This document shows, in pieces, positions 1 to 10,096 of a stretch of DNA of 64,000 nucleotides. How positions within the stretch are numbered: position 1 is the stretch's first letter; each line of letters opens with the position of its first letter. The stretch is from an uncultured Candidatus Binatia bacterium (GTDB taxonomy: Bacteria; Desulfobacterota; Binatia; UBA9968; CAXXLF01): contig OZ244621.1 in the NCBI GenBank assembly GCA_965218425.1, positions 960,001-1,024,000 of the forward strand, in the 5' to 3' direction. Made by a program: the position numbers and the translations under genes. The notes below the pieces were generated by a model that was not told the DNA's origin, did no database searches, and saw only the letters and a list, made by a program, of their open reading frames with translations.

Positions 1-268
1 CCAGCTGCAATGCTCTCCTGATATGGACTTCTGCTTGCCCGGCATCTCCAAGTTTCAGAGATGTCACGGCCAAAACGAGGTGGAGATCAGGTTGTGCGGG
101 ATACTTCTTTAACAGAGTCTCAAGGGATTCTCTTGCCGATTTTGCCTCACCTTCCGACAGGTCCCGCTTTCCCTGTTTCCAGAGGCTATCTTCCTCAAAA
201 CGACTTGCGCCATGTGCCAGAGAAAGCCCCATGAATAGGATCGCAATGGAAAAGGACCAAAAGCCCAA
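1..268 (-). CDS. TPR-repeat exported protein, 5' part (runs off the window)
   Basis: Manual translation from TTG 268, with GGAG 6 nt upstream: MGFWSFSIAILFMGLSLAHGASRFEEDSLWKQGKRDLSEGEAKSARESLETLLKKYPAQPDLHLVLAVTSLKLGDAGQAEVHIRRALQL. Signal peptide followed by TPR-like helices. Not in the ORF track. Confidence 0.65.
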   Translation of the reverse strand, partial: MGFWSFSIAILFMGLSLAHGASRFEEDSLWKQGKRDLSEGEAKSARESLETLLKKYPAQPDLHLVLAVTSLKLGDAGQAEVHIRRALQL

Positions 269-271
269 CCA

Positions 272-457
272 CTACTCCCACATCTTATTAATGATTTCGT
301 CCTTTTTCCCCTCCTCGGTGAGTCTGTCGTTCTTTAACGCTTGTCTCAGACCAACCCATGTGAAGAAAAGGACCAGCAACAGCATGCCTACGATGGGAAT
401 GTTGTCAGGCTTGGTTACGATCTCCAAGAAACTTTGCCACCCCGTTGGTTCTTCCAT
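272..457 (-). CDS. 61-aa single-TM protein resembling the N-terminal segment of PetD/subunit IV-like proteins of some cytochrome bc complexes
   Basis: IVTKPDNIPIVGMLLLVLFFTW...ALKND motif with one hydrophobic helix. Family resemblance is from recall. Confidence 0.55.
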   Translation of the reverse strand: MEEPTGWQSFLEIVTKPDNIPIVGMLLLVLFFTWVGLRQALKNDRLTEEGKKDEIINKMWE

Positions 458-573
458 AAAATCTCACCACCTACGTCAGAAAAATACACGAGAAAGCTAT
501 TAGAAAATATTGAAAAAGTCAACGCAGGGTGGCAATCGGGCAGCTTTTATGGCATGAGATCGTTAAGGGCGCC

Positions 574-1707
574 ATGCACTTCAACCTCAAGTCCCACTGT
601 TTGATTTTTCTCTTCTTTAGCTCGATTTTCGGGTGTCTTTTCTTATTAACTGCCGCAGTGGAGGCTTGTCCTTTGGTAATAAGGGCAGGTTCGCCACGCA
701 AGGCGCAGGCAACCGTCGGCGGTTATTGCCGGATCAACGGGAGCGGTAGGCCAACCGCTCCTGTGAGTCGGGTGGGCGTCCGCGAGCGTGCGTTCATCAC
801 CAACAGTGACGCGGACAGTTTCTCCATTGTCGACCGCAAGACTTACCAAGTACTGAAGACCATGCCGGTAGGCGATTATCCCCATCACATGATCGTCTCC
901 CGAGACGGGCGTCACCTCTACGTCGGAAATACACACTCCGACACGGTGTCCACAGTGGATCTCGCAACGGAAGAGATTGTCAAGACCATTCCCTTGCTGG
1001 ATCCTTACAATTTTTACTACACGCCGAACAGCGAGCTCCTGGTAACCACCTGCACTCGTCTCGGACGCGTGGAAGTTCATGCCAAAGAGACCTGGAGTAA
1101 CCTAAATCAAGCCACGGGATGGGAACGGCTGGCCGAGATTCCGACCGGCAAGGATCCAAACCACTTCGCCTTTAGCCCGGACGGTCATTTTATGTACGTC
1201 AGCAATGAATATTCCCACCAGCTCTCAGTGGTCGACCTCCAGGAGCGGAAGCTGGTTCACCAGGTAGACACGAGCCGCCGTCCGGTTGATGTATCCCTAG
1301 CCCCGGGCGGAAAAATCATCTTCGTGGCCAACTATACGGATGGACATGTAACCGTCTATGACACCGCGAGCTTCAAGGAACTGAAACGCATTCCAACCGG
1401 CGCAGGGGCCCATGGCATGGCCATGACCACGGACGGAAAGACCCTGTTCGTTTCCAATCGTGACGCCTTTACGGTCTCGGCTATAGACGTTGAGAGCCAG
1501 GAGATCACCCGAAGCTTTAAAGTCCCGCAGGGACCGGACATGCTAGAGGTGACACCCGACGGTCGTGAACTCTGGGTCACCGCCCGATACGGGTCCAATG
1601 TTTATGTGGTTGACTTGAACAAAGGAAAAGTTAGCCATCGCATACGGACCGGGGCCTCCCCGCATGGGCTCGTTCTAATCGACCTCATCGATGTCAATAG
1701 CCGATAG
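574..1707 (+). CDS. YVTN/YncE-family beta-propeller protein, exported
   Basis: N-terminal hydrophobic signal and repeated blades (VGDYPHHMIVSRDGRHLYVGN, TGKDPNHFAFSPDGHFMYVSN, TGAGAHGMAMTTDGKTLFVSN). Start uncertain (529 or 574). Confidence 0.85.
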   Translation: MHFNLKSHCLIFLFFSSIFGCLFLLTAAVEACPLVIRAGSPRKAQATVGGYCRINGSGRPTAPVSRVGVRERAFITNSDADSFSIVDRKTYQVLKTMPVGDYPHHMIVSRDGRHLYVGNTHSDTVSTVDLATEEIVKTIPLLDPYNFYYTPNSELLVTTCTRLGRVEVHAKETWSNLNQATGWERLAEIPTGKDPNHFAFSPDGHFMYVSNEYSHQLSVVDLQERKLVHQVDTSRRPVDVSLAPGGKIIFVANYTDGHVTVYDTASFKELKRIPTGAGAHGMAMTTDGKTLFVSNRDAFTVSAIDVESQEITRSFKVPQGPDMLEVTPDGRELWVTARYGSNVYVVDLNKGKVSHRIRTGASPHGLVLIDLIDVNSR

Positions 1708-1730
1708 TTAAGCGCGTGGAGGGACCTCGG

Positions 1731-1753
1731 GGGGTCCGTTTGATATGGACCCC
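1731..1753. terminator. Hairpin between convergent genes, possible bidirectional terminator
   Basis: GGGGTCCG-TTTGATA-TGGACCCC stem-loop between the stops at 1707 and 1788. No adjacent U-tract. Confidence 0.45.
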
Positions 1754-1787
1754 GCCGGTTCAACTGCGAAAACTCTTTTTCTACTCT

Positions 1788-3416
1788 CTAATGGGAGTGT
1801 TGGTGATGGCCATGGGAATGACCCCGACCCATTTCCGTGTGGCGGAAGATCAGAGACTTGATTACCACCGGAACCGCCTTGGCATCGGGAAGCTCCTCTC
1901 CGATGTCGATGAAATCAAAGTCCGTTAGATCGATCCCATCGATGGAGATGACACCCGCACCCGGCAGAAGCTCCTTTTCAATAATGTTTCCCACCAGCTT
2001 TGCAATATCGGCGTCAAAGACAAGAACCAAGGGCTGCCCCTTGTCAATGTGGCCTTTCATCCCTTGAGCCACTCCTTCCGCTAGGGTCCGGATCAACGGA
2101 TAGGAAGGTCCAAGTTCCCAGTGTATGGACAGCGCCGCGGCCCGGTCTCCGTCCTGGATATCGTAACGGCGAAGCGCTTGCTCCACGGCATCTTTTACCT
2201 CCGCACTGGAGAGGGGTTCCATTTGCCGTATGTTAGGGGTGACTACCTGTACGTTTCTCAATGGGAGCAGTCCGTTATCCGACAGGAAGATGGTGTTCCC
2301 GCTGACCTGTACGGTGTATTGCGAGGCACCGATGACCGTGGCCCGGATACGCACTTCCGGCGGCTGGAGCTTAATGGAGTGCTGTTTGGTAAACGGCTGG
2401 ACGCGTTCCCTCACATGTCGCCCCATATGGTTTCCCAGATCGCCGTAATCCGTCTTCTCAATATTATAAATGTACTCTGAAACTCCTCCAGAGAAGGTTA
2501 CGACATCGATTTTGCCCTTGTATTCAAGTTCGGGGGTGAGCATCAGGCTCTGGGTCAGCGCAGAGAGTTTTCCCCGGTTCAAAACCTCAAATAGACTGGT
2601 ACAGAGGGTACGGGTCATGGCCTCTTTTTCGTTCTCATTCATGCCGCCACCCACCTCCAATGAACTCCCCGACGCGTTCGCAATCTTCGCTCCGGCATCT
2701 TCTAAACGGTTGATTTTACCGTCTTGACCCAGGGCCACGAGCCGCGCGCCCACTTCAAGGGCAGCGGTATCGATGACCTGGCCTTTCTGGATGATGGCGA
2801 TCTTGCTCGTTCCACCGCCGACATCCACGTTCATGACGGTAAAATCGCCCCCTTCGTTGACGGTCCTGCGCACCCCACCGGACCCATAAGCCGCGAGAAT
2901 ACACTCCAGGTTGTGACCCGCCGTGGCGCAAACAAATTTCCCCGCCTGGGCTGAAAAAAGGGCGGCCACGGCCTCTGCGTTGTTTTTCTTTGCCGCCTCT
3001 CCTGTAAGGATCAAGGCTCCGGTATCGATATCACTGGGGGTCAACTGGGCCCGACCATAAGCCTCCTGTATAAACCCATCCAGCTTTTGCGTATCGATGG
3101 TTGTTTTGTCCACGTAAGGCGTGAGCAGCACCGGGGACTCGGACAGGATCTCGCGATTGACGACAACGAAGCGGCTGGAAAGGACGATGCCCTGACGGCG
3201 CAAGGTCAATCGAGAAAAAATCAAATGGGAGGTGGAAGAGCCAATGTCAATTCCCACAGAGGTCAGTGTGATGCGCTCCGACCTCCACATGGGATGGTTC
3301 TCGTCTAGAATCTGGTCTCCTTCATGCTCGTGTTCAAAATCACCATCGTGAAACAGGACTACGGGTCCAGGTAAACCCGGCAGGTTGATCGTGGTCTCAG
3401 GTAAATTAGGTTGCAT
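1788..3416 (-). CDS. eutA: EutA-like reactivating factor (actin-like ATPase) with His-rich termini
   Basis: SVGIDIGSSTSHLIFSRL, DTGALILTGEA, FVCATAGHNLE and NVDVGGGTSK motifs; C-terminal DFIDIGE...VPVVIKSL; tail GHSHGHHQHSH. Confidence 0.85.
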   Translation of the reverse strand: MQPNLPETTINLPGLPGPVVLFHDGDFEHEHEGDQILDENHPMWRSERITLTSVGIDIGSSTSHLIFSRLTLRRQGIVLSSRFVVVNREILSESPVLLTPYVDKTTIDTQKLDGFIQEAYGRAQLTPSDIDTGALILTGEAAKKNNAEAVAALFSAQAGKFVCATAGHNLECILAAYGSGGVRRTVNEGGDFTVMNVDVGGGTSKIAIIQKGQVIDTAALEVGARLVALGQDGKINRLEDAGAKIANASGSSLEVGGGMNENEKEAMTRTLCTSLFEVLNRGKLSALTQSLMLTPELEYKGKIDVVTFSGGVSEYIYNIEKTDYGDLGNHMGRHVRERVQPFTKQHSIKLQPPEVRIRATVIGASQYTVQVSGNTIFLSDNGLLPLRNVQVVTPNIRQMEPLSSAEVKDAVEQALRRYDIQDGDRAAALSIHWELGPSYPLIRTLAEGVAQGMKGHIDKGQPLVLVFDADIAKLVGNIIEKELLPGAGVISIDGIDLTDFDFIDIGEELPDAKAVPVVIKSLIFRHTEMGRGHSHGHHQHSH

Positions 3417-3686
3417 CTCTTAGCTTCCTTTCTGCGTTAATTATTCCCCCTTTTGTAGGCGACATGAACCCATACCACAAGGCTATATCAATTGCCAACC
3501 TATCCCCCCTGAGGGAGCGCTCCACAGGAACCCGGCCCAGTCTAATTAGGAGTCGCCACAGGTGCCGAGCAGGAGGAAACTCGACACACAACCGCCTAAT
3601 TAAATCGGTTATTAGAAAAAAGGCCGTTTCTTTGCCCTGGGTGAATGGACAAGGGGCAAGATCCGCGCTAATATAATTGATTGACC

Positions 3687-6600
3687 ATGGGCCAGGAAGA
3701 ATACAGAGAACTCTCCTCTTTTTTGAAGAGATTTGTCCTCCGGGTCAGGTTACACAAAGGAATAGAAGGGCTGTGTCTGATCGGTGTCTGCGCCCTGGTG
3801 CTCTTCCCCCTCGGATTGGCAATTCAACACATCAAGGGCATCTTCCCTTACGCCCCCTTGATCTACACCGTCCTTGCAGCGGCAATTGCCGTAATACTGG
3901 TGAGTTGGACAGCTTCCCAGTGCCTGAAAAAACGTCCAAAAGAGTGGAGTGCGCGCTTCATCGAGGAAAAGAATCCTCAGCTTAGAAACAACCTGATCAA
4001 TTCACTGCAATTGTACCCGCAGCTCTCGGATGCCGATGGGCCGGAAATATCAACTTCCATGGTTCTGGCTCTCCTGCGTGTCACTCGCAATCAGTTACAA
4101 AAAATTCAAATCAAGGATTTGATTAACAAAGATCGAATCAAGGCTGAGGCTCGCCTTTTTGGAATTTTGCTGGCACCGGTTCTCGCCCTTGTCCTTTTCA
4201 ATCCCTCATCCGTGGGGGATACATTCAGCTTACTGGTTCATCCTCTAAGGGACATTCCACCGTCAGAGACCTTCATTGACGTGAACCCCAAAGGGACCCG
4301 CATGGTTCGAGGTTCCTCGGTTCGCATTGAAGCCACGGCTTCGGGGGCCATTCCAAAAACCATGGACCTCGTTCTGTCCACCGCAGAGTCCGGGAGCCAG
4401 ACGGAAAAGCTTTATATGGATAACCTTGGGGAAGGAAAATTCACCGCTACGATCCGGGATGTCCAAAAAAGCCTTCGGTACCGGGTGGCCGTGGGGCCTT
4501 TTTCCTCCCCCTGGTATCCCATTGAAGCAGTCGAGTCGCCCGCCATCGGTAATATTAAACCCACCCTTTATCCTCCCCATTACACCGGTCTCACCATGCA
4601 GACCCTCGACGGGGGAAATATCGAAGGGTTCAAAGGGTCCACCATACGGTTGGAGGCGCGCAGCAACAAGGAGCTGGCCAAGGCCAAGATAGTCCTCGAT
4701 CAAGGCGGCGAGGTCCCTTTGAAAATTCAAGGGAAGAAGCTCGAGGGAAGTCTCGTCCTATTGCAGTCCCAGAGGTATCAGATCCAGGTGGAGGATGCGT
4801 TGGGGTATCGCAATTCTCCCATCTCCTATGACCTACGGGTGAAACCAGACGCATTCCCAGGCGTAGAGCTATTGCGGCCCACCGAAGATCTGGAGGTGAA
4901 CGGGGATGAATCCCTTGTGGTGGAGTTTAGCGCCAAGGATGACTTTGGGATTCAAGACGTATATCTAGTGACAAAGGTGAAGGATAAGGAGGAAAGAGTC
5001 CGGATCCTCAAAGATGTTAATAATAGGCTGGCCCGCCGGGAACGATACCATTGGGATGTGGGAAGTCTGAAGCTCCAGGAAGGGGATGAAGTTCTCTACT
5101 ACCTGGAAGCCCTGGACAATGACACCATCTCCGGCCCTAAAGTCGGGTCTTCGAGAACCCTGAAGTTACGTTTAAAAAACCTCAAGGCGGAGCACAAACA
5201 GGTGGCGGAGATGATTCATGACCTGTCCAATCAAATGATGGACCTTCTGGCAGACCACCTCGAACGCGGGGCCCCAGAAGAAAACGAGCCTCTCCAACAG
5301 GCGGACAATAAGGATACGGAAATCGACCGAAAAGCTGAAGAAATGATGAAACGCATTGAGGAGCTCATGGATCGAACCGAGACCGACCGGCTGTCCAATT
5401 TTGCCACCTGGTCTGATCTCCAGTCCCTCAAGCGCAACCTCGAGTTTACCAAGGACGAACTGCTGCACAAAAGGACCCAGGCGGTTTCCCCCCAGGACAG
5501 AGAAAGACTGGACGATCAAATCTCCACAGAGCTCGAGCGAATGTCGCTCCTTGCGGAGGATATGACCAAGAGACTCACCGCCCAGGAGGTTTCCCGCACG
5601 GCTCAGGACCTCCTTAGATCCCAGGAGCGGCTCATGGAGTCCATGGGAAAAATGCAGAGCGGGAACAAAGAACTGGACGAGGTCCTAAAAGAGATCTCCC
5701 GTCTGGCCAAGCAGCTCGGTGAGCTTCAGCAGTCACTGTCCAAGCTTGCCTCAAGGCTTCCGCAAGATTTCATGAACAGCGAGTCCGTGCGGGGCCTGGA
5801 TTTCCAAAACATGATGTCCGGACTCAACGAGATACGTAAAAAGCTCCAGGAGGGAGATATTCAAGGAGCCATGCGACTGGCCCGAGAGCTGTTCAACCAG
5901 ATGGCCTCCATGGTGGCCGCAATGCGCAACGCCCATCAATCCGCCATGTCCTCAAGCATGGGAAGAATGCAGGGAGAGATGATGCGCTCCGCAAGCGAGC
6001 TGCAGCGGATCGTGCGCAAGCAACAGGAGGTCCTGGAAGAAACCGAAGGCTCCCATAAGGAACAATTGGCAAAAAGGGAAGAACTCCTGAAAGAGAAACT
6101 GGAGCAATTCCTGGCGAAAGCCCAACAGGAGGCGGCCCGGTTGGCCCAGCTCTTCCCCAATCAGGAATCAGACCATGAGGAAGGGGCCTCCGCCGACGAG
6201 TTGGATGAAGTTACCATGAACAACCTCGCCAACAACCTGACCGTCAGGCTTCAGGAAAAAGACCTCGAGACGCTGAGCAAAATCATGGAATTGGCGCGCA
6301 AGGAGCTCGGAAAGAAACGCCGCGCACAACAGGAGGAGAAGGCACGCACGGCACAATCCATCCTAGATGACCTGACAAAGGATCTCCAGTTACTCAAAGA
6401 AGAGCCGAAGGTGGAACTCACCGCGGAACAGAAAGAGGCCCTGGGGGCACTCTCCCAACGAGAAGGCAATCTGCAGGAGAGAACCGCGAACCTGCATAAA
6501 AGGTTTACCCCCCTATTCCAACTCTTTCCCTCGCTGGATTCAAAGATATTAAACAACATCGGCGAAGCCTCCCAGGCCATGGGCGAGGCACAGGGCCAAT

Positions 6601-6989
6601 TGAGCGGTCTAAACGCCGGGCAGGCAATCCCACCGGAACAGGCGGCCTTGGACCGTCTGATGGAATCCAGCCAACAAATGCAAAATTCCATGCAGCAACT
6701 TTCCCAGAGGGGGCAGTTGGGCCGGATGCCGGTGGTTTATCTGTTCCGGAGAGGGAGGTTTCTCCCGGGAGGCAGGCTCGTTCCCCTTCCCGGAGTGCCC
6801 AAGTTCCCTGACTTCGACGCCGAAGGCGGCATGAGTGGGTTGGACACCGAAAAATTTCAATTGCCGGGGAAAGAGGACCATCGAGTTCCGCGGCGCTTTC
6901 GCGAGGAGATCTTGGAGTCGTTGAAGCAAGGCGTCCCGGACCAGTTCAAAGATCAGATAGAGAACTATTTTAAAGATTTGTCGCAGTAA
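3687..6989 (+). CDS. DUF4175-like large membrane-anchored protein with Ig-like domains and a long coiled-coil C-terminus
   Basis: Three N-terminal TM segments, AKDDFGI and YYLEALDNDTISGPK motifs, Q/E/M-rich helical C-half, ends IENYFKDL. Confidence 0.8.
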   Translation: MGQEEYRELSSFLKRFVLRVRLHKGIEGLCLIGVCALVLFPLGLAIQHIKGIFPYAPLIYTVLAAAIAVILVSWTASQCLKKRPKEWSARFIEEKNPQLRNNLINSLQLYPQLSDADGPEISTSMVLALLRVTRNQLQKIQIKDLINKDRIKAEARLFGILLAPVLALVLFNPSSVGDTFSLLVHPLRDIPPSETFIDVNPKGTRMVRGSSVRIEATASGAIPKTMDLVLSTAESGSQTEKLYMDNLGEGKFTATIRDVQKSLRYRVAVGPFSSPWYPIEAVESPAIGNIKPTLYPPHYTGLTMQTLDGGNIEGFKGSTIRLEARSNKELAKAKIVLDQGGEVPLKIQGKKLEGSLVLLQSQRYQIQVEDALGYRNSPISYDLRVKPDAFPGVELLRPTEDLEVNGDESLVVEFSAKDDFGIQDVYLVTKVKDKEERVRILKDVNNRLARRERYHWDVGSLKLQEGDEVLYYLEALDNDTISGPKVGSSRTLKLRLKNLKAEHKQVAEMIHDLSNQMMDLLADHLERGAPEENEPLQQADNKDTEIDRKAEEMMKRIEELMDRTETDRLSNFATWSDLQSLKRNLEFTKDELLHKRTQAVSPQDRERLDDQISTELERMSLLAEDMTKRLTAQEVSRTAQDLLRSQERLMESMGKMQSGNKELDEVLKEISRLAKQLGELQQSLSKLASRLPQDFMNSESVRGLDFQNMMSGLNEIRKKLQEGDIQGAMRLARELFNQMASMVAAMRNAHQSAMSSSMGRMQGEMMRSASELQRIVRKQQEVLEETEGSHKEQLAKREELLKEKLEQFLAKAQQEAARLAQLFPNQESDHEEGASADELDEVTMNNLANNLTVRLQEKDLETLSKIMELARKELGKKRRAQQEEKARTAQSILDDLTKDLQLLKEEPKVELTAEQKEALGALSQREGNLQERTANLHKRFTPLFQLFPSLDSKILNNIGEASQAMGEAQGQLSGLNAGQAIPPEQAALDRLMESSQQMQNSMQQLSQRGQLGRMPVVYLFRRGRFLPGGRLVPLPGVPKFPDFDAEGGMSGLDTEKFQLPGKEDHRVPRRFREEILESLKQGVPDQFKDQIENYFKDLSQ

Positions 6990-7016
6990 CATCGCCGGAT
7001 TGAGGATATTCCCTTT

Positions 7017-8606
7017 TTGAATTTATTCAGATCCTTTCTCCTTATCAATTTTCTTCTTGCCGGCTTATTTCGCGCCTCGCCAGCAGTTGGTGTTGAATCC
7101 CAGGAGTTTCTGATCCACAAGGCAGTGCAGCACCTGGAGGCTTGGCGTGTTCGAGAGGCCGCCGGAGTCATTTCCAAGCTCACCCCTACCGACTCTGAAA
7201 CTCTAGCGGTGCTTGATCTACAGGCGCAACTGGCCTTCTACCAGGGAAAATACGCAGAGGCCTTCCGCATTGCGGAAAAGGCCCTCTCCCTCGAATCGGC
7301 CAGCGAAGAGCGTCAGACCATGCGCCTTCTAGCCCAGCAGACACGAGACGCCGTCGGAAAGTTAAAACGCTTTGAAAGTGAACATTTTGTCCTCTTTCTA
7401 GATGAAAGCCGGGACGGGATTCTGGTCACATGGCTTCTGGACGGCCTGGAAAGAACATACAAGGCCATTGGGGAGGAGTTGGGGTTTTACCCAAAGGAGA
7501 AAGTCCGCGTCGAAATTGCGCCGGACGTATCCTCGTTCAATGCCATCTCTACCCTGTCTCTCAGGGATATCGAAGAAACGGGAGCTGTTGGAATCTGTAA
7601 ATTCAACAAGGTAATGGCCATATCGCCCAGGACACTGACCCATGGTTACCGCTGGTTGGACTCCCTGAGCCATGAATACCTTCATTACGTAATCGTCGCC
7701 CTGAGCAACAATAAGGCGCCCATCTGGCTTCATGAAGGGATCGCCCGCTTCTATGAAACTCGCTGGCGAAGCGAGGACGGCGCTAACCAGGCTCCTGATT
7801 ATCTCACTCCGTCCGGCCAGACTCTCCTGGCCCGGGCATTGAAAAGAGACCGGCTGGTCCCGTTCGAAAAAATGGAACCTTCACTGATCTATCTGGAAAC
7901 ACCGCAACAGGTACAGTTGGCCTATGCAGAAGCGGCCTCCACCATTGATTTTATCACCCATCGCAAAGGTCCAGATGGAATCCGCAAGCTACTGTCCGAG
8001 TTGAGACATGAGCCAACCCCGCAAGCGGTTGAAACCGTCATGGACGTTCCTTTTGACAAGTTCGAGACCCAGTGGCAAGAATTTCTTAAGGCAAAGGAGC
8101 TGCAAGAAATCGAAGGGAGCCGGGTGCGAAAGTTGAAGGTCAAGGGAAAAGGAAAGGCAGACGAAGAAACGGTGGAGCTCAAGGAGATCCAGTCCGTGGT
8201 TGCCCGCAACCGAACACACCTTGCGGACCGTCTCTGGGCAAGGGGCAGGACGGTGGCCGCCTCCGCCGAATACCGACGTGCCCTGAAGGCGAGTCCCCAC
8301 TCTCCCATCATCCTCAACCGCCTGGGACGGGTCCTCACCGACTCGAAGAAATACCAAAAGGCCCTTCCCTACCTCAAGCAGGCCCAAGAGTTGGATCCGG
8401 ACTATGTGGGCACTTATGTGCAACTTGGACGCCTCTACAATGCGATCCAAAACTATTCCTCGGCTAAGGCTTCCCTGGACGAGGCCATCCAAATCAATCC
8501 ATACGACCCAACGATACATCGCCTTCTCTTTCAGATTCACACGGCCCTGGGCGAGACTGAGAATGCAAATGACGCCAAAGCAAATTTACAAAAGCTCTTA
8601 AGATAG
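7017..8606 (+). CDS. Exported TPR-containing zinc metallopeptidase (peptidase MA-like gluzincin)
   Basis: Signal peptide, HEYLH...PIWLHEGIA (HExxH plus downstream Glu), N- and C-terminal TPRs. Confidence 0.85.
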   Translation: MNLFRSFLLINFLLAGLFRASPAVGVESQEFLIHKAVQHLEAWRVREAAGVISKLTPTDSETLAVLDLQAQLAFYQGKYAEAFRIAEKALSLESASEERQTMRLLAQQTRDAVGKLKRFESEHFVLFLDESRDGILVTWLLDGLERTYKAIGEELGFYPKEKVRVEIAPDVSSFNAISTLSLRDIEETGAVGICKFNKVMAISPRTLTHGYRWLDSLSHEYLHYVIVALSNNKAPIWLHEGIARFYETRWRSEDGANQAPDYLTPSGQTLLARALKRDRLVPFEKMEPSLIYLETPQQVQLAYAEAASTIDFITHRKGPDGIRKLLSELRHEPTPQAVETVMDVPFDKFETQWQEFLKAKELQEIEGSRVRKLKVKGKGKADEETVELKEIQSVVARNRTHLADRLWARGRTVAASAEYRRALKASPHSPIILNRLGRVLTDSKKYQKALPYLKQAQELDPDYVGTYVQLGRLYNAIQNYSSAKASLDEAIQINPYDPTIHRLLFQIHTALGETENANDAKANLQKLLR

Positions 8607-8626
8607 AGTTGAGAGGACCTTCCATT

Positions 8627-9655
8627 ATGAACGAGCCCGCCATCGCCGAGCAGGAGATTGCAGCCATTGAGGAGTTTGCAGCCAAGAGGGAGACCCTACT
8701 CGCGGAGATCCGTAAGGTCATCGTGGGCCAAGAGGAGGTCATTGAGGAGGTCCTCATTGCGCTATTCTCCAGGGGACACTGCTTATTGGAAGGTGTGCCG
8801 GGACTGGCCAAGACACTGCTCATCAGCAGTTTAGCGGATATCCTGCATCTGGAATTTAACCGGATCCAGTTTACCCCGGACCTCATGCCTTCGGACATTA
8901 CAGGGACCGACATCTTGCAAGAGGACGAGACCACGGGAAAAAGAAAATTTCAGTTTCTGAAGGGTCCCATCTTCACCAACATACTGCTGGCCGATGAAAT
9001 CAACCGGACCCCCCCAAAAACCCAGGCCGCCCTGCTCCAGTCCATGCAGGAGTATAAGGTAACCGCCGGCGGGGCCACCTATGGCCTGGACCTGCCGTTT
9101 TTCGTATTGGCAACCCAGAATCCCATTGAGCAAGAAGGGACCTATCCGTTGCCGGAAGCGCAGCTAGACCGATTCATGCTAAACATTGATATCAAGTACC
9201 CGCCTTTTGACGACGAAGTTCAGATCGTGCTCCAGACCACTTCTGTTTCGAAGCCGTCTGCCCAGAAAATCATGGAGGGAGCGGAAATCCTGCGCTACCA
9301 GGAACTGGTTCGGCAGGTACCGGCCTCGCCATTTGTCATTGGTTATGCGGTTTCCCTTGCGCAAGGGTCACGACCTCAGCACTCCACGGCACCCCAATTC
9401 GTCAAGGACTGCGTGGAATGGGGAGCCGGACCAAGGGCATCTCAGTATCTGATTCTGGGGGCAAAGGCCAGAACGATTATTCAGGGGCGTTACGCGGTTT
9501 CCATCGAGGACATCCAGGCATTGGCCCATTCCGTGCTGCGCCACCGCATCATCCCCAACTTCAAGGCTCAAGCGGAAGGGCTTTCCTCCACTGACATCGT
9601 CACTCGGCTGCTGAGCGAAGTAAAACCGTCCTCGGACGGAACCCGAGCGCAATAG
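8627..9655 (+). CDS. moxR: MoxR-family AAA+ ATPase
   Basis: LLEGVPGLAKT (Walker A), RIQFTPDLMPSDITG, LLADEINRTPPKTQAALL, ATQNPIEQEGTYPLPEAQLDRF. Confidence 0.95.
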   Translation: MNEPAIAEQEIAAIEEFAAKRETLLAEIRKVIVGQEEVIEEVLIALFSRGHCLLEGVPGLAKTLLISSLADILHLEFNRIQFTPDLMPSDITGTDILQEDETTGKRKFQFLKGPIFTNILLADEINRTPPKTQAALLQSMQEYKVTAGGATYGLDLPFFVLATQNPIEQEGTYPLPEAQLDRFMLNIDIKYPPFDDEVQIVLQTTSVSKPSAQKIMEGAEILRYQELVRQVPASPFVIGYAVSLAQGSRPQHSTAPQFVKDCVEWGAGPRASQYLILGAKARTIIQGRYAVSIEDIQALAHSVLRHRIIPNFKAQAEGLSSTDIVTRLLSEVKPSSDGTRAQ

Positions 9656-10096
9656 CGGCTACAACCATCTGGCATGGGTCGCCAGGCAAACCACTAACAC
9701 CGATCCGACTGAAAAACACCATTATGCGCATCCGGGAAGCGTATGTCGCAAGGTGGTCAGCCATAGCTCTGGAGCCGTTACGTCTTTTCTGACCGAGTGA
9801 ATACCCGCCTTGTGCCGCCCGTACCTGGGAAATCCAGCGGTGTGAGGTGCGCGGCATGGCTCTGGCCGTTGACGTCGTAAGCAGTTCATAAATAAGCAGC
9901 CATAGGACAATCGAAGACCGATTCCAGAAGAGCGCGCTTCATTGGCCTGCACCCTTTAGGCTTTGGCCCGAGCTCACCAGCCCTCACCCGTTGGGCCTTC
10001 TTTTGTCTGAGAAAGTGGGGGGGTGTTGTCTTAGGTCGATAGAAGGATAATAATTGTCGCACCATGAATGGGACCATCGATTAGAGGTGCTATGGC

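Noticed and set aside
1..457. The TPR ORF continues in frame after the TAG at 272-274, suggesting amber readthrough or pyrrolysine
   Set aside because: The downstream ORF has its own GGAG RBS, TTG start and signal peptide. Translational coupling of two genes is the simpler reading.
9656..10062. GTGCG on the minus strand (10062-10058) as a group II intron 5' end
   Set aside because: No recognisable domain V/VI and no RT ORF; a 5-mer is expected by chance.
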